Origin: a virus | Taxonomy: Duplodnaviria; Caudoviricetes | Virus record (IMG/VR): IMGVR_UViG_3300001580_000006 | Span: 32,001 to 96,000 of that record | Strand: one strand, 5' to 3' | DNA: 64,000 bases | Shown here: in pieces, positions 26,401 to 34,891 of the stretch | How the letters are laid out: every line of letters starts with the position of its first letter | Position numbering within the stretch: position 1 is the first letter of the stretch | Program-made: the position numbers and the translations under genes | Notes under the pieces: model-generated | What the model was told of the DNA's origin: nothing | Database searches by the model: none | Seen by the model: only the letters and a program-made list of their open reading frames with translations

Positions 26401-27099
26401 TCTGATATGTTTGGTCCCATAGTTGTTGAACAAGTACATGACCACATAGATGGTGAGACTGGATTTACTACAACAATTACGCCAAATGCTTATATAAGAG
26501 TAGCCAGTTTAGCAAACTCATTCAACCAGTCATATATGAGCAACATTGGAAAGGTGGCTACTGCCACATCAATGCTAAAGCTCGGTGAAAACATCCTTGG
26601 CGGTATCGCAGCCTACGGAATAGCTAAGAAGGCGGCGCCAATAGTAGCACCTGCTGCCGGTATGGTCAAGGCGTCGGCAACTGGTGCCCTGTCCTCGGCG
26701 GCTAATAGTGTAAAAGAGGCTATATACGCCTATAACTCCCTGGATTACGGACGATCTATTGGTCTAAATCCAACAGGGGTTAAGCAAATGGCGGTATTTA
26801 ATAATGTTAAGAAAGTTGGTGGAGCACTAAGCAGATTATCACTGAAAACAATTGGTACTTATATACTTGCATTTAAGGTTGTATCTGATTCACACATCCA
26901 ATATGCTCAAACATTTAATAGAATGATGGGTACTCTGTTTGGTAGGCAAGCAATAGATGTTGTCCCGGTGTGGTATCGAGGTGAGCCACTGCTTGCAGGA
27001 ATGGACGGCGCAATGAAAAACGATTGGTGGACACACGCACAATACCAGTATTATGGTAAAGTACTATCGTTGGTCGATAAGATAACAGAAGGAACTTAA
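20428..27099 (+). CDS. Baseplate hub-like protein with an N-terminal M15 (L-Ala-D-Glu type) peptidoglycan peptidase
   Basis: N-terminal GLRTIREQAELYAKGRT...HGFGLAVD...DHPHIE (M15 Zn ligands H/D/H). C-terminal YSGSLVLVGNPNIEPFDEVYL...VEQVHDH...GFTTTITP is hub/gpD-like. Confidence 0.7.
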   Translation: MAFKGKDSSNVRWASLHAVLKDKLTKLEELVSKDVDMPQFQITDGLRTIREQAELYAKGRTKPGTIVTYAKTPQAHGFGLAVDVVPLKDGKKDYNNKSAYDKLAAYATQVGLRSGHNQPFKKKDGSLFYDHPHIEVWNWNTYVDKNAQLIGDEFVFDSNVQQNLDVYSQNGFFTDANSTTVYGLGAYGDAITSKVDVLVEDDAYFYEAVSSANAYKDGAFRFGDVWLSVPPTTIDIASFSANQEIPAFRTPGNPTKQGDLREMRFDVQMIFPHAQTINGELRPLIAQFFASPIISVENQFVQMAAAPDIQPAESEVNYELEKQTSAADLTGANFATEIDAWQKTQADNAKLFREGKFKELIDKFDGVPKSEKEQVDRLIAKAKKDRKVRYSRYGWALNDEPLLFCFKELHINTVSGFPSAIQAHAVLNLFNSRPFCKQVAWLKDWSDVSAQLTYGDQLKSCLREAKDASTVEPPVVNHVSSPEFSTPYKDYYSHWLIEGKALREADGHTVPPLSSSLSSPLHQTLGMLYLDEFDNTNFVNNIVMSWRGASKSMLQSELERIRNTKNRLVKIKAQLLDYRAKDFPDISSGFRDGIAALWKTPALLKQYFDRVVEKTGGLVWITAATLKGDLGFNSKDAEDKFKKYFVNTTGITAYDLYQYVTTKVEDKDKRWLLTRLTDLVLRSNTTQEHAKIIDQCIELSNEADKQLGVYKDGASSIHSIDLSEYSGTTISGMSASIANKFARIPLLSEFIPTYQHMGRSNISVTMSLQTENLEIVSELRRLELETSIAQQMRDLITPIELQKFIPGSVVAVTGNAFFSMLGVHNVVVGNVQTSTVPNRPGLCNVTIEFIQADYVLHEHEQIQPYNILPANLVAITAKSILDAGDTKVVGWLNTIKNSKPDLYNQLDWEVMPAYNGVLDLIKEYGQQINYDVVNKLTTEATATAPPSTKSNVLSISGTTSDNFWQSAVERAEQATPRPYTIGSELKKVNTLSFLSRANIVFLVVMGHITLWQTIRILLSNRQYRTDLKEMLQTLVPNPEKIVKIYEDSEVYITDRERAAHQGRCALPDILQIQIPGSPPNKELYTPGDLYFYRDYYINKQVVDLAESIIECEHGLLTETFHDLLTIDLAKTKDLLAEYRVKLESSAADIKGLGATNKQLLLKHDQLLKMYNDLEATYKKYEDTRKLPLGINIEAIEGSTNISPAMLYKYQELLIGMESFGKVVEAVEAGKEYNYEVSKPKPDANRLKMLEKRYNFLSTRILAGMNSIDVLDSTFNPEVGSVGASEGLRMISKTLGALPRDVAETERGILNDVKVAMAADSTFSLSRAFPAVKIYLIEKDSPAWMLFDDFYSYNAVVSIDVLKNAYSASETAIIRLSNVTNNLANTTSKNYERHGLQDTASEQTVFSIDLKPGADIALKYGYEADPSQMPFKFRGTIVEVSPGPITEIVAQSAGAQLNQVPYPVKDKKAGLNSTTRSLGNVALSVLDDMPGRLRGLGGWGLDQAIQKNVDSNRSDSKEEWAELAQKLIGMPRPIGASSNVGENIFLPFGFSFIPLWPATESKTSKRNSGNNFDWVCSAGKTGWELLQDIALYNRDYIVKVPIYNAWLDPRSVDCDLRYTVYLGPRDGVYKSSSKSTETSEAAIRRIVDSFDTNFASAKEQMKELPKLLKVVDKRLSAKQATALLMTKGFVPLVHSDSPDNTNIWGIDFSGAVDYLYDKQFLVTCLHTYDKDLGAAATSGGVWRGWAHKLIKVSPPNTIEVFPEALDKISEQIKEQLKIAANVSASLLGSPIPPEQSGLTHAAGVYEPIIRKHLVDSYHHIISNGLVASSNNFYNRLRLIYPNAEPIGESKMRELELDHELSHDVRIDKATIDAIKLYLGTINTGLREAVVSIDDDINPDQIKEQILWYGNIDTNFYDSPWVLRDSSPSGYNVPELHEEQLTRLKEDGGVAKPWFVAAQALAKLAARMYSGSLVLVGNPNIEPFDEVYLTDVASDMFGPIVVEQVHDHIDGETGFTTTITPNAYIRVASLANSFNQSYMSNIGKVATATSMLKLGENILGGIAAYGIAKKAAPIVAPAAGMVKASATGALSSAANSVKEAIYAYNSLDYGRSIGLNPTGVKQMAVFNNVKKVGGALSRLSLKTIGTYILAFKVVSDSHIQYAQTFNRMMGTLFGRQAIDVVPVWYRGEPLLAGMDGAMKNDWWTHAQYQYYGKVLSLVDKITEGT

Positions 27100-27104
27100 G
27101 GTAT

Positions 27105-27710
27105 ATGGATTCTATAATATCTACTATAGTTGAGTACTTTCCACCAACTGGAACAAGGCCGGCGGCTGTACTACTAACACACGACGCTGAACCAGAAGCC
27201 GCTAAGCGCCACTATTTTGTACCAGCAGCGCTGCCGCCCGGCCTGGGCATAGAATCGCTGAACATTGGTAATCATTATGCTATTCACAATATGCTTGATG
27301 ACTCGCCAACTCAGATTAACACCCTTCGGGTTAACGAAAATGCCATTATTATCCGTAAGGAGGCTGCCACTACACCGGGTGGCCCCAGCCACGCCCTGCT
27401 CACTGGATCCCTGATGAGTTCAGCGGACGACTCGTACAACATAGCCAACTTTGCAACCGTTACAAAGGACGGCATGCAGGCTGGCAACACCGCCATAGGA
27501 CCAAAGGGAGCAGTAGTTGAGCAGGTTGGGCCTAAAACCGGAAGGACATACGGTGGAGTTATGCAAGAGAACCCCTTAAACTTTCTACCATCTTTTGCGT
27601 TTCTTCCTTTACCAAAATACCTACCATCTATGACTATCTTTTCGACAGTAGCCGGCATCGCCACTCTTATAAAAGATACTATGAAGGTCATACAAGACAC
27701 TACAAAATGA
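27105..27710 (+). CDS. Hypothetical baseplate protein (spike position)
   Basis: Lies between the hub and gp25-like genes; no clear motif recognised. Confidence 0.4.
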   Translation: MDSIISTIVEYFPPTGTRPAAVLLTHDAEPEAAKRHYFVPAALPPGLGIESLNIGNHYAIHNMLDDSPTQINTLRVNENAIIIRKEAATTPGGPSHALLTGSLMSSADDSYNIANFATVTKDGMQAGNTAIGPKGAVVEQVGPKTGRTYGGVMQENPLNFLPSFAFLPLPKYLPSMTIFSTVAGIATLIKDTMKVIQDTTK

Positions 27711-28393
27711 GTGGTACTGTAAAAGAAATAGTTAGGCAAAGATTTGGTCGACTGCTAGTAATATCTCGTGCTGGATCAATTGGATCAATTAGAAGTAGGC
27801 GCTCTACGTGGCTGTGCAGATGCGATTGTGGTACAGAAAAGATAATCGCTGGTGACGTGCTTAGGAGAGGTGACACCAGATCTTGCGGTTGTCTGCGAGT
27901 CGGCAGTGCTACTGTAGACCTTACTGGACAAACTTTCGGGTTGCTCGTGGTTGTTTCCTTAGCTGGGGTTGATAAGCACAAACGCGCACTGTGGCATTGT
28001 AAGTGTAACTGTGGCACAGAGGTAGTTGTATCTAGCAGTGGCCTTCGAGCAGGAAGCACTAAATCGTGTGGTTGCACTCATTATAGGCACGGAGAGCAGC
28101 ATCATAGCTGGCGAGGCGGCATTACTGAACTTAGGCACGCTATACGTAATCTATTGGTTTATCGAGAGTGGCGAGACGCGGTATTTCATAGAGATAACTT
28201 CACATGCCAGAAATGCGGCGGTGGTGCCGGTGGAAACCTGAACGCTCATCACCTGAAACCATTTCAACAAATAATCGATGAGTATAAAATAACTACAGTA
28301 GAGCAAGCAATAGCTTGTGCAGAACTATGGGATATCTGGAATGGTATTACGTTGTGCAAAACCTGTCACGATAAAATTCATACCAAGGAGTAA
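27707..28393 (+). CDS. HNH homing endonuclease (family 1, copy C)
   Basis: Two tandem FG.L.V...W.C.C.CG...SCGC modules plus the family-1 HNH core; ATGA overlap upstream. Confidence 0.85.
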   Translation: MSGTVKEIVRQRFGRLLVISRAGSIGSIRSRRSTWLCRCDCGTEKIIAGDVLRRGDTRSCGCLRVGSATVDLTGQTFGLLVVVSLAGVDKHKRALWHCKCNCGTEVVVSSSGLRAGSTKSCGCTHYRHGEQHHSWRGGITELRHAIRNLLVYREWRDAVFHRDNFTCQKCGGGAGGNLNAHHLKPFQQIIDEYKITTVEQAIACAELWDIWNGITLCKTCHDKIHTKE

Positions 28394-28396
28394 GCA

Positions 28397-28855
28397 ATGT
28401 CTTGTGATTTGAAAATCAGTTACCAAGGAAATTTTGTTATAGAAAACGGTGACTTGGCCATGGCGTCTGGTAGTGATTTTATCGCCAGGGCAATTGGGCT
28501 TAGGGTGCGCACCCCTCTAAAGAATACTTATTGGCCGGGGTGCAGTATTACTTCGTTTATAGGCAAGCTAGATCAGACCGCCGGCGTTCGTGAGATGCAA
28601 TCCGTTGTGCGGCAAGCACTTGTAAAAGATGGTCTGCTAGAATCTGCCTCTGTAGTAGCAGAGCCAATGGGAGAAGCTGGTATCAAAGTAACCATCCAAG
28701 CCCTAACAGGAGAAGATACAGTTACAAAGCGAATATTTTACATAGAGAATGGCGTTGTAGAGACCATTGACGACCTAGACATAAGCGAAATAATATCTAC
28801 TGACACCAGCCAGGCTCGGCCTGTAATCAATAAGTATTTGCGTAGGAACAGATAA
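28397..28855 (+). CDS. gp25/GPW-like baseplate wedge protein
   Basis: DLKISYQGNFVIENGDLAMASG...RVRT pattern, size, and position upstream of baseplate J. Confidence 0.6.
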   Translation: MSCDLKISYQGNFVIENGDLAMASGSDFIARAIGLRVRTPLKNTYWPGCSITSFIGKLDQTAGVREMQSVVRQALVKDGLLESASVVAEPMGEAGIKVTIQALTGEDTVTKRIFYIENGVVETIDDLDISEIISTDTSQARPVINKYLRRNR

Positions 28856-29376
28856 TGGCTGGGACGCACATTAGAACGGAGCCAGAGAAGGAGAAGCATC
28901 GTATTGCTATGAAGGCCTTCTACTCCAACAAGTCTATGCCTAAAGAGCATCGTGATAAAATAAGTGCTGCTCTAGCTGGTAAGCCAAAGAGTGCAGCACA
29001 TAGGGAGTCTACTCGTAGAGCGGCACTGCTACGAGATCACAAATCATATTGTGGTAAGAACAACTCTAACTGGAAGGGCGGAATTACTGCGATAAATCAT
29101 GGGTTGCGCGATGCTATACAGAACACTTTTGAATATCGACAATGGCGGTCGGATGTATACATGCGCGATAACTTCCAGTGCAAGAGATGCGGTTCTTCGG
29201 CAAGCGGCACCTTAAACGCACATCATAAAAAGCTGTTTCAACAAATCCTTGATGAGCATAGAGTTACAACTGTAGAGCAGGCCATTTTATGTGAGGAGCT
29301 TTGGAATATCAACAATGGTATGACTTTATGTCTAGATTGTCACAAGAAGCGGCATAAGAAACCGGCCGGCAACTAA
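28855..29376 (+). CDS. HNH homing endonuclease (family 1, copy D)
   Basis: NUMOD3-like PKEHRDKISAAL.GK plus the family-1 core; TAATG overlap upstream. Confidence 0.85.
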   Translation: MAGTHIRTEPEKEKHRIAMKAFYSNKSMPKEHRDKISAALAGKPKSAAHRESTRRAALLRDHKSYCGKNNSNWKGGITAINHGLRDAIQNTFEYRQWRSDVYMRDNFQCKRCGSSASGTLNAHHKKLFQQILDEHRVTTVEQAILCEELWNINNGMTLCLDCHKKRHKKPAGN

Positions 29377-29393
29377 TTATTACACTAATCATT

Positions 29394-29422
29394 TTGCTTT
29401 TTAACGATATTTGTGCTATAAT
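29394..29422 (+). promoter_or_regulatory. Sigma70-type promoter with extended -10
   Basis: TTGCTT-17 bp-TATAAT preceded by TG, upstream of baseplate J. Confidence 0.65.
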
Positions 29423-29445
29423 TCTATTATAAGCTTAAGGAATAT

Positions 29446-30714
29446 ATGCTGATACCCAAAACACAACAAGATATTGTTAGGGAGACTGTCGAGCTTCTAT
29501 CCGGCTCTCCTTTTAGCAAAGTAGATAGCCCTAACAGCTTAGCCGGCGCTTTAATACAAGTGCTAGCTAAGTACCAATCCGACCTGTATACGTTTACGTC
29601 TGCTGGGCTGCTTGAATCAGTATTGTCAGCTGCTAGTGGGGCTGCGTTGGATAGACTTGGCGTCTTACTTGGTAGACCAAGATCTAACTCAACTACAGCA
29701 TTTGACGATACCACTACTAATGTTATATTTAGCGTCGATCCGGTTTTGGGCACCGATATCTCAGGTCTTGTTAAGCTAATTGACCCGACTACGGCCCCTG
29801 GCAGTCCGCCAGCATTTAGTCTTACAGCACCTATATATGTAAGAATCCCACAAGGCACCAGATTATCCAAGCCAGATACAGCTATTGAGTATGTCACGAC
29901 CCAGGAAGTTCTTATTACCATGGAGGATCCTGATAAGACAACCTCGGTTGGGGTTCCAGTTATAGCAACAGCGCCTGGCGACCTGTATAATGTCTCTGGT
30001 GGAGAGCTTAGTACACACAACCTCGACGAATCTCAGCCGGCTCTACAATCTATATCGAAGTATATACTATGTACAAATACACAGGACATAGTAAATGGTT
30101 TTGGCGTAGAGTCTGACGATAACTATCGTTACTTTCTATCTAAGCAAGTAAATAGTGCTGAGGCTGCAAATGAGGCCGCTATACGCATTGCTGCACTAGC
30201 CGTTCCTGGTGTATCCGATATATATCTACGCAGGTGGACTTATGGTATTGGCACTTTTTCGGTGCACATAGTGTCTACTACGCCAGTTGTAGGTCAGGGT
30301 CTAATAAATGCCGTTAGTGAGTCTGTAGGCAGGGTAGCGGCATATCCAGAGAAATTTACAGTAGCTGGTCCAGATTATATTGGGGTTAAGTTAGTTGTTG
30401 GTTTGACATTTATCCCTTCTACTACACAAGCCGAGCGCGACGGGTTAGTGAGCTCCGCAGCGAGGGTAGTAGTTGATTATATAAATAACATAGAACTGGG
30501 TGGAAGTCTGATAATTAACGAGATAATACAAAGAGTTATGGATTTATCAGACAAAATTCTAGACACCACACTAACAGACATGAATCTTGGTAGGTACAAC
30601 ATTAAGCTTAATAAACTTGAGTACCTTCGCCCAGTGATTATCGGTAATCAAAAAGCAGGCACACATCAGAAGTTTTACACCACGTTTGGCTACATTGTAG
30701 CCTGCGCAAACTAA
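29446..30714 (+). CDS. Baseplate J-like protein
   Basis: ASGAALDRLG..LGRPR, IPQGT, PGDLYNV, G..VESDDNYR, AL.VPGV motifs. Confidence 0.85.
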   Translation: MLIPKTQQDIVRETVELLSGSPFSKVDSPNSLAGALIQVLAKYQSDLYTFTSAGLLESVLSAASGAALDRLGVLLGRPRSNSTTAFDDTTTNVIFSVDPVLGTDISGLVKLIDPTTAPGSPPAFSLTAPIYVRIPQGTRLSKPDTAIEYVTTQEVLITMEDPDKTTSVGVPVIATAPGDLYNVSGGELSTHNLDESQPALQSISKYILCTNTQDIVNGFGVESDDNYRYFLSKQVNSAEAANEAAIRIAALAVPGVSDIYLRRWTYGIGTFSVHIVSTTPVVGQGLINAVSESVGRVAAYPEKFTVAGPDYIGVKLVVGLTFIPSTTQAERDGLVSSAARVVVDYINNIELGGSLIINEIIQRVMDLSDKILDTTLTDMNLGRYNIKLNKLEYLRPVIIGNQKAGTHQKFYTTFGYIVACAN

Positions 30715-30726
30715 GAGGGACGACTA

Positions 30727-30969
30727 ATGGCCACCAAGTCACCCGCACTACAAAAAACCATTGATAAGCTTAAAGCTTGTCTACAGCAGATAGAGGACAA
30801 CAATGCCATCCTCAAAGAGCGCTTCCCGACAACCCGCCCCATACTCGAAGAAGACGCAAGTGGAGCAGCTATTCGAGCTTTTGCTAGACGTTCAGGCAAG
30901 GTCAACGCAACAGCTATCAGCCGTGACGCGTGCCTTGGGAGAGTTGCAAAATTATTTAGATCAGAATAA
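30727..30969 (+). CDS. Hypothetical protein; possibly the N-terminal half of a frameshifted gene with 30803..31333
   Basis: GAGGGA RBS; helical N-terminus; overlaps the next ORF by 167 nt in another frame. Confidence 0.35.
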   Translation: MATKSPALQKTIDKLKACLQQIEDNNAILKERFPTTRPILEEDASGAAIRAFARRSGKVNATAISRDACLGRVAKLFRSE

Positions 30970-31333
30970 CAACGCTCTGCGTAACGATAATCTACTTGTC
31001 CGCGCAGACATGCAAGCCACCAATAACTGCATATCTGCCCTTACGCAGCAGATCCAGACCAGCTGTAATATGATCGACTCCCAAGTAAAGTCACTTCAGA
31101 TGGTCATAGTCGGAACCGATCAAGCTGTTAAATCTGCTATTAACTCCATGAAGGGCCCAGACCAGTTCTGGAAGGACCGTCAGTGGTGGATGATTATTAC
31201 TATTGTAATGCTTGTTATCCTACTAGGCCTTACTTGGGGATTTGATCTACCAAATAAGGTTAACGAACTGCGTGGCGGTGGTCACAAGGTTGAACAAGTT
31301 CTACCTGATATACAACCTAAGCTTTTAAAATAA
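30803..31333 (+). CDS. Coiled-coil membrane protein with one C-terminal TM helix (holin-like?)
   Basis: Helical Q/L-rich region followed by WWMIITIVMLVILLGLTWGF. Confidence 0.5.
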   Translation: MPSSKSASRQPAPYSKKTQVEQLFELLLDVQARSTQQLSAVTRALGELQNYLDQNNNALRNDNLLVRADMQATNNCISALTQQIQTSCNMIDSQVKSLQMVIVGTDQAVKSAINSMKGPDQFWKDRQWWMIITIVMLVILLGLTWGFDLPNKVNELRGGGHKVEQVLPDIQPKLLK

Positions 31334-34300
31334 TGTATCCAGATAAGAACGTACTTAGAATATTTGCTGGCTGGCCGCCTAATGTCAGAACAGCTTACGA
31401 TCCGCAAGACCCACTCCATATTCTTATAAGAGCTGCTTGGGGAGCCGGGCTATATAACTTTGAATATAGGTCTAAGCGCGAGCTAGATAATAGATTTCCA
31501 CACACCGCAAACCTAGCCCAGGCCCGTGAGCTATACAAAGTATCAGCTCCAGCTGCATGGTCCAACCCAAAAGTAACTGGTGTAATAAGAGCTCGCGATG
31601 AGGAAGAGTTCTGGTTTGGAAAACCTACTGGGTTTGACTATGTAGGGTCGGAGACACTTACACTACCTGTTCTTTGTAACCAGCTTTCTGGTCTACTATA
31701 TACTAGACCTAGCAGTGCCGACCAGGGCAAATTATATTATTTAACACACAATATTACTAGCTCTCCATACTATGACGATGGAACATTATGTTATGTTCCA
31801 CTACAGTCGGTGTATGGAGATTTAGAATTTGATGCAGAAAGAACTGACACCGAATACCAATACGCTACACAGGATTATGCTACTACTGGGTTTGATCAAA
31901 TACTAGAGCTATCTCCAGAAGAGGATTTAGACCCACACCCTGGCTATATGCCAATGACCAATTTTTTGGCAAAGCTGCCGCAGGTAGATATTGATCCTGA
32001 TTCGCTTAAAATATATGACATATTGAACTTGGACGCAAGCGGAAACGCTACCGAGGTTCCAAGACTAGTAGACATTCCACCAATAGAAATGCCCTACAGT
32101 CAGTGGTCGTTTGATCCTGACACAAGTACCATTACCTTTTTGTCCTTTAGCGGCCTTGACAGGCCAGACTATCGCGTCGGCACGCAAACCGCCGACCCAG
32201 GCTGGAACTCTACTTATATTGCCGAATATTGTTATAAAACATATCAGCAGGCTCACGGCCTATCGCCACTCAACTATATACAGGAGTACGGGCTTGACGG
32301 CCAACTAATAGCTGGCACCATGCCCAACGTCACAGCCAAGCGTATAATCAATGACTTTGAGTCATATTCCTATACAGCTGGAACTACTACCTATCATGTT
32401 GTAAGTAGATCGACTATTAAGCCAAATTCGACATTTACAGGCTCAATATTCTATTCTAATTCAGTTGAGTTTACCTGGGACGGCTCCACGCCACTAGCTC
32501 TATCAGAAAAAATAGCTAGCAGCATAGATGAAGTTCGTACAGCTAGCACCGACGATGCCGCTCGCATCCTAATGCATAATACCAGCATAGGCTACAAGAT
32601 ATCTATAATGGTGGACGATATTGAGTACGAGCTTCCAAGCGATAAATATACTGTTACGTCAGATTGGAATACCGCAACAGCCTCTATCGTAGTAGATCTA
32701 GACGCCGGTGCTAAATTTAAATTCTACTATCAAAGCATCTATATTTGGGCTGACAGCGCAGTATCTGCTAGAAGCCTAGGTGATGCTTATGATCTAGTAC
32801 CAGATTCCGCTGGTAGATTAATAAAGGTGTACAAGACACTGCTTCCTCTGGACAAATCATTGATGAGCCTAGAGGAACAGGCTCTTACGTTTGCCATTAC
32901 GGACTACATATACACTACTGATAGAGATATTCGCAGTGGCGTGGCGGTAGACCAGTACAGAGACTTAGTTTGGGTAATAGAGAACTACGACCTAGTAGCG
33001 CACAATAAGCAAGGTATAGAAGTTGGCAGATTCTTCCTTCCATATCTAGATAGTATAACTACCGAGGATGGTGAGTCATTCCCGGTGCTACAAGATACTG
33101 TAAGTAGTAGTATTTATTCAGGACTTTGTGCCTGGAGAAACTACCTACTAACACTTAGGCTATATACTGAGGACTTGAGCCCACATACTGCACTATGTGT
33201 AATAGATCCAAATAAGCCAGAAGTTGGAGTTGTGTGGGAATACGTAATATCTGAAGATACCCACTATAATCAACTAACTATCGGTCCCAGTGACCACCTA
33301 TTGCTTTCTACTGCTGCAGGCATTGTAGACTACTTCAAGATACGATATGATTATTTTATGGTTGATTATAATGAACTGTATTTTAGAGAGTGGTATAGTT
33401 CGATAACTGTCGATGATGCGCACGTTATAACCACCTACAATAATCTGCTCAAAATACCAGTAGCTACCTCCATAGACAATATGCTATCACTAATGTCAAT
33501 GGATAGGTTGCCGGCTCTCAGAAACGACGAGGATGTTGCCCGTATTAAGAACCGTTTGCTTCGTAGGTCAAATTCTACCCAGCAAGGTTTGGTAAACGCT
33601 CTATTAAATGAATTTGCTATTACCGAAGATGTTGTCGTATCTAATCGTAATGTTTATATATTACAGCACCAACCATTAGGTTATGACTCAAGAGCAGTTG
33701 ACTTTGGGTTTACTGATTATTTTCCAATAGACGTACAGTTTCTATCGTCAAGCATATCAACTGGTCGACAGGGTGTCAATATTCCAACCGAAATAACAAC
33801 CACCATTCCGGCCAGCTCAATTCGTATATATGACGCAAACGGTAACTGGGTTATCGGATGGAGATGGATAGTCTGGATGGATGAGTCCCTCAAGTATACG
33901 CAGTTCTTAGAATTCAATAGTTCTCCTCCTCAGTCCAATAGTACGCCAGTGGCCTTCAAGGCTGTGTACTGGATAAGCGGGCCAGACGGAGAGCCAGTTA
34001 AATACTCTGAGGTGTTCTACCCAAAAGTAACGCACACCACTGCCCAACCGGTAGAGTTGGAGTATAAGAACAAGTCATATAATACAAATGTGTTTGGCGT
34101 GTGGGGGCTGAATAACACTACCGAGATGAAGCGCCTAGGCTACATTGACTTTTATAATAGACCCACAAAGAAACTTAGGCTCTTGATCAAGCAACAAGAG
34201 GACATAACAAAACTGAAATGGGGTAACGGTGTGTGGGACTTCACTCCTTGGGCTAACGAACAACTGCAACTTATTGGAGCAGAAACCCTACCAGCTCTAT

Positions 34301-34359
34301 TTGATCAGGACTATTTAGCAGATAAACCAACACCAGAACATCCAGACGAAATAGATTAA
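31333..34359 (+). CDS. Large baseplate/virion structural protein, possibly with a gpI-like wedge segment
   Basis: 1008 aa in the baseplate operon; DRLP..RNDEDVARIK...SNSTQQGL resembles wedge I-type motifs (weak). Confidence 0.5.
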   Translation: MYPDKNVLRIFAGWPPNVRTAYDPQDPLHILIRAAWGAGLYNFEYRSKRELDNRFPHTANLAQARELYKVSAPAAWSNPKVTGVIRARDEEEFWFGKPTGFDYVGSETLTLPVLCNQLSGLLYTRPSSADQGKLYYLTHNITSSPYYDDGTLCYVPLQSVYGDLEFDAERTDTEYQYATQDYATTGFDQILELSPEEDLDPHPGYMPMTNFLAKLPQVDIDPDSLKIYDILNLDASGNATEVPRLVDIPPIEMPYSQWSFDPDTSTITFLSFSGLDRPDYRVGTQTADPGWNSTYIAEYCYKTYQQAHGLSPLNYIQEYGLDGQLIAGTMPNVTAKRIINDFESYSYTAGTTTYHVVSRSTIKPNSTFTGSIFYSNSVEFTWDGSTPLALSEKIASSIDEVRTASTDDAARILMHNTSIGYKISIMVDDIEYELPSDKYTVTSDWNTATASIVVDLDAGAKFKFYYQSIYIWADSAVSARSLGDAYDLVPDSAGRLIKVYKTLLPLDKSLMSLEEQALTFAITDYIYTTDRDIRSGVAVDQYRDLVWVIENYDLVAHNKQGIEVGRFFLPYLDSITTEDGESFPVLQDTVSSSIYSGLCAWRNYLLTLRLYTEDLSPHTALCVIDPNKPEVGVVWEYVISEDTHYNQLTIGPSDHLLLSTAAGIVDYFKIRYDYFMVDYNELYFREWYSSITVDDAHVITTYNNLLKIPVATSIDNMLSLMSMDRLPALRNDEDVARIKNRLLRRSNSTQQGLVNALLNEFAITEDVVVSNRNVYILQHQPLGYDSRAVDFGFTDYFPIDVQFLSSSISTGRQGVNIPTEITTTIPASSIRIYDANGNWVIGWRWIVWMDESLKYTQFLEFNSSPPQSNSTPVAFKAVYWISGPDGEPVKYSEVFYPKVTHTTAQPVELEYKNKSYNTNVFGVWGLNNTTEMKRLGYIDFYNRPTKKLRLLIKQQEDITKLKWGNGVWDFTPWANEQLQLIGAETLPALFDQDYLADKPTPEHPDEID

Positions 34360-34372
34360 CTAGGAGACAATA

Positions 34373-34891
34373 ATGGGATATAACCAATACAAGGAAGCCA
34401 TGGACAGCGGTGTAGGCCTAAACCTGTCCGACGTGGTAGAGCGCGGGTCTGACCCAACTGCACCCGAAGACGCACCTATAGGCTATTTTGTAAACAACGA
34501 GTCAGGGATTACGCCAACCATATCCAGCCAAGGTAGTCTGTCTAACACTCTAGTAGGTGCCGAGACCGCTGGCGATGTATGGACTGTTGTCTCCGGCGGC
34601 TCTACTAGCAGATACGTTAAGTTGCGTGCACTAACAAAGCTTCGCCGGATAAACATTAGGACGGCTACTCCTTTAGCAGTCGATGACCACTTAAAGGTGG
34701 AGTATCACACCAGCAATGAAACCGACGCTACGTCGCTAACTAGTGGGTGGCAGGCACTCAATACCACAGAGGTTAGGGATCCTCAGTCGGGCGCCTATAC
34801 ATTTTCGGCGCCATCTGCTGAGTTCTCTGCTGTGTGGATCAAGATTACACTTTATAATAGCAAACTCCTACAAGAGAGGTATGTACTATAA
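34373..34891 (+). CDS. Virion structural protein
   Basis: GGAG RBS, beta-rich, operon context. Confidence 0.5.
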   Translation: MGYNQYKEAMDSGVGLNLSDVVERGSDPTAPEDAPIGYFVNNESGITPTISSQGSLSNTLVGAETAGDVWTVVSGGSTSRYVKLRALTKLRRINIRTATPLAVDDHLKVEYHTSNETDATSLTSGWQALNTTEVRDPQSGAYTFSAPSAEFSAVWIKITLYNSKLLQERYVL

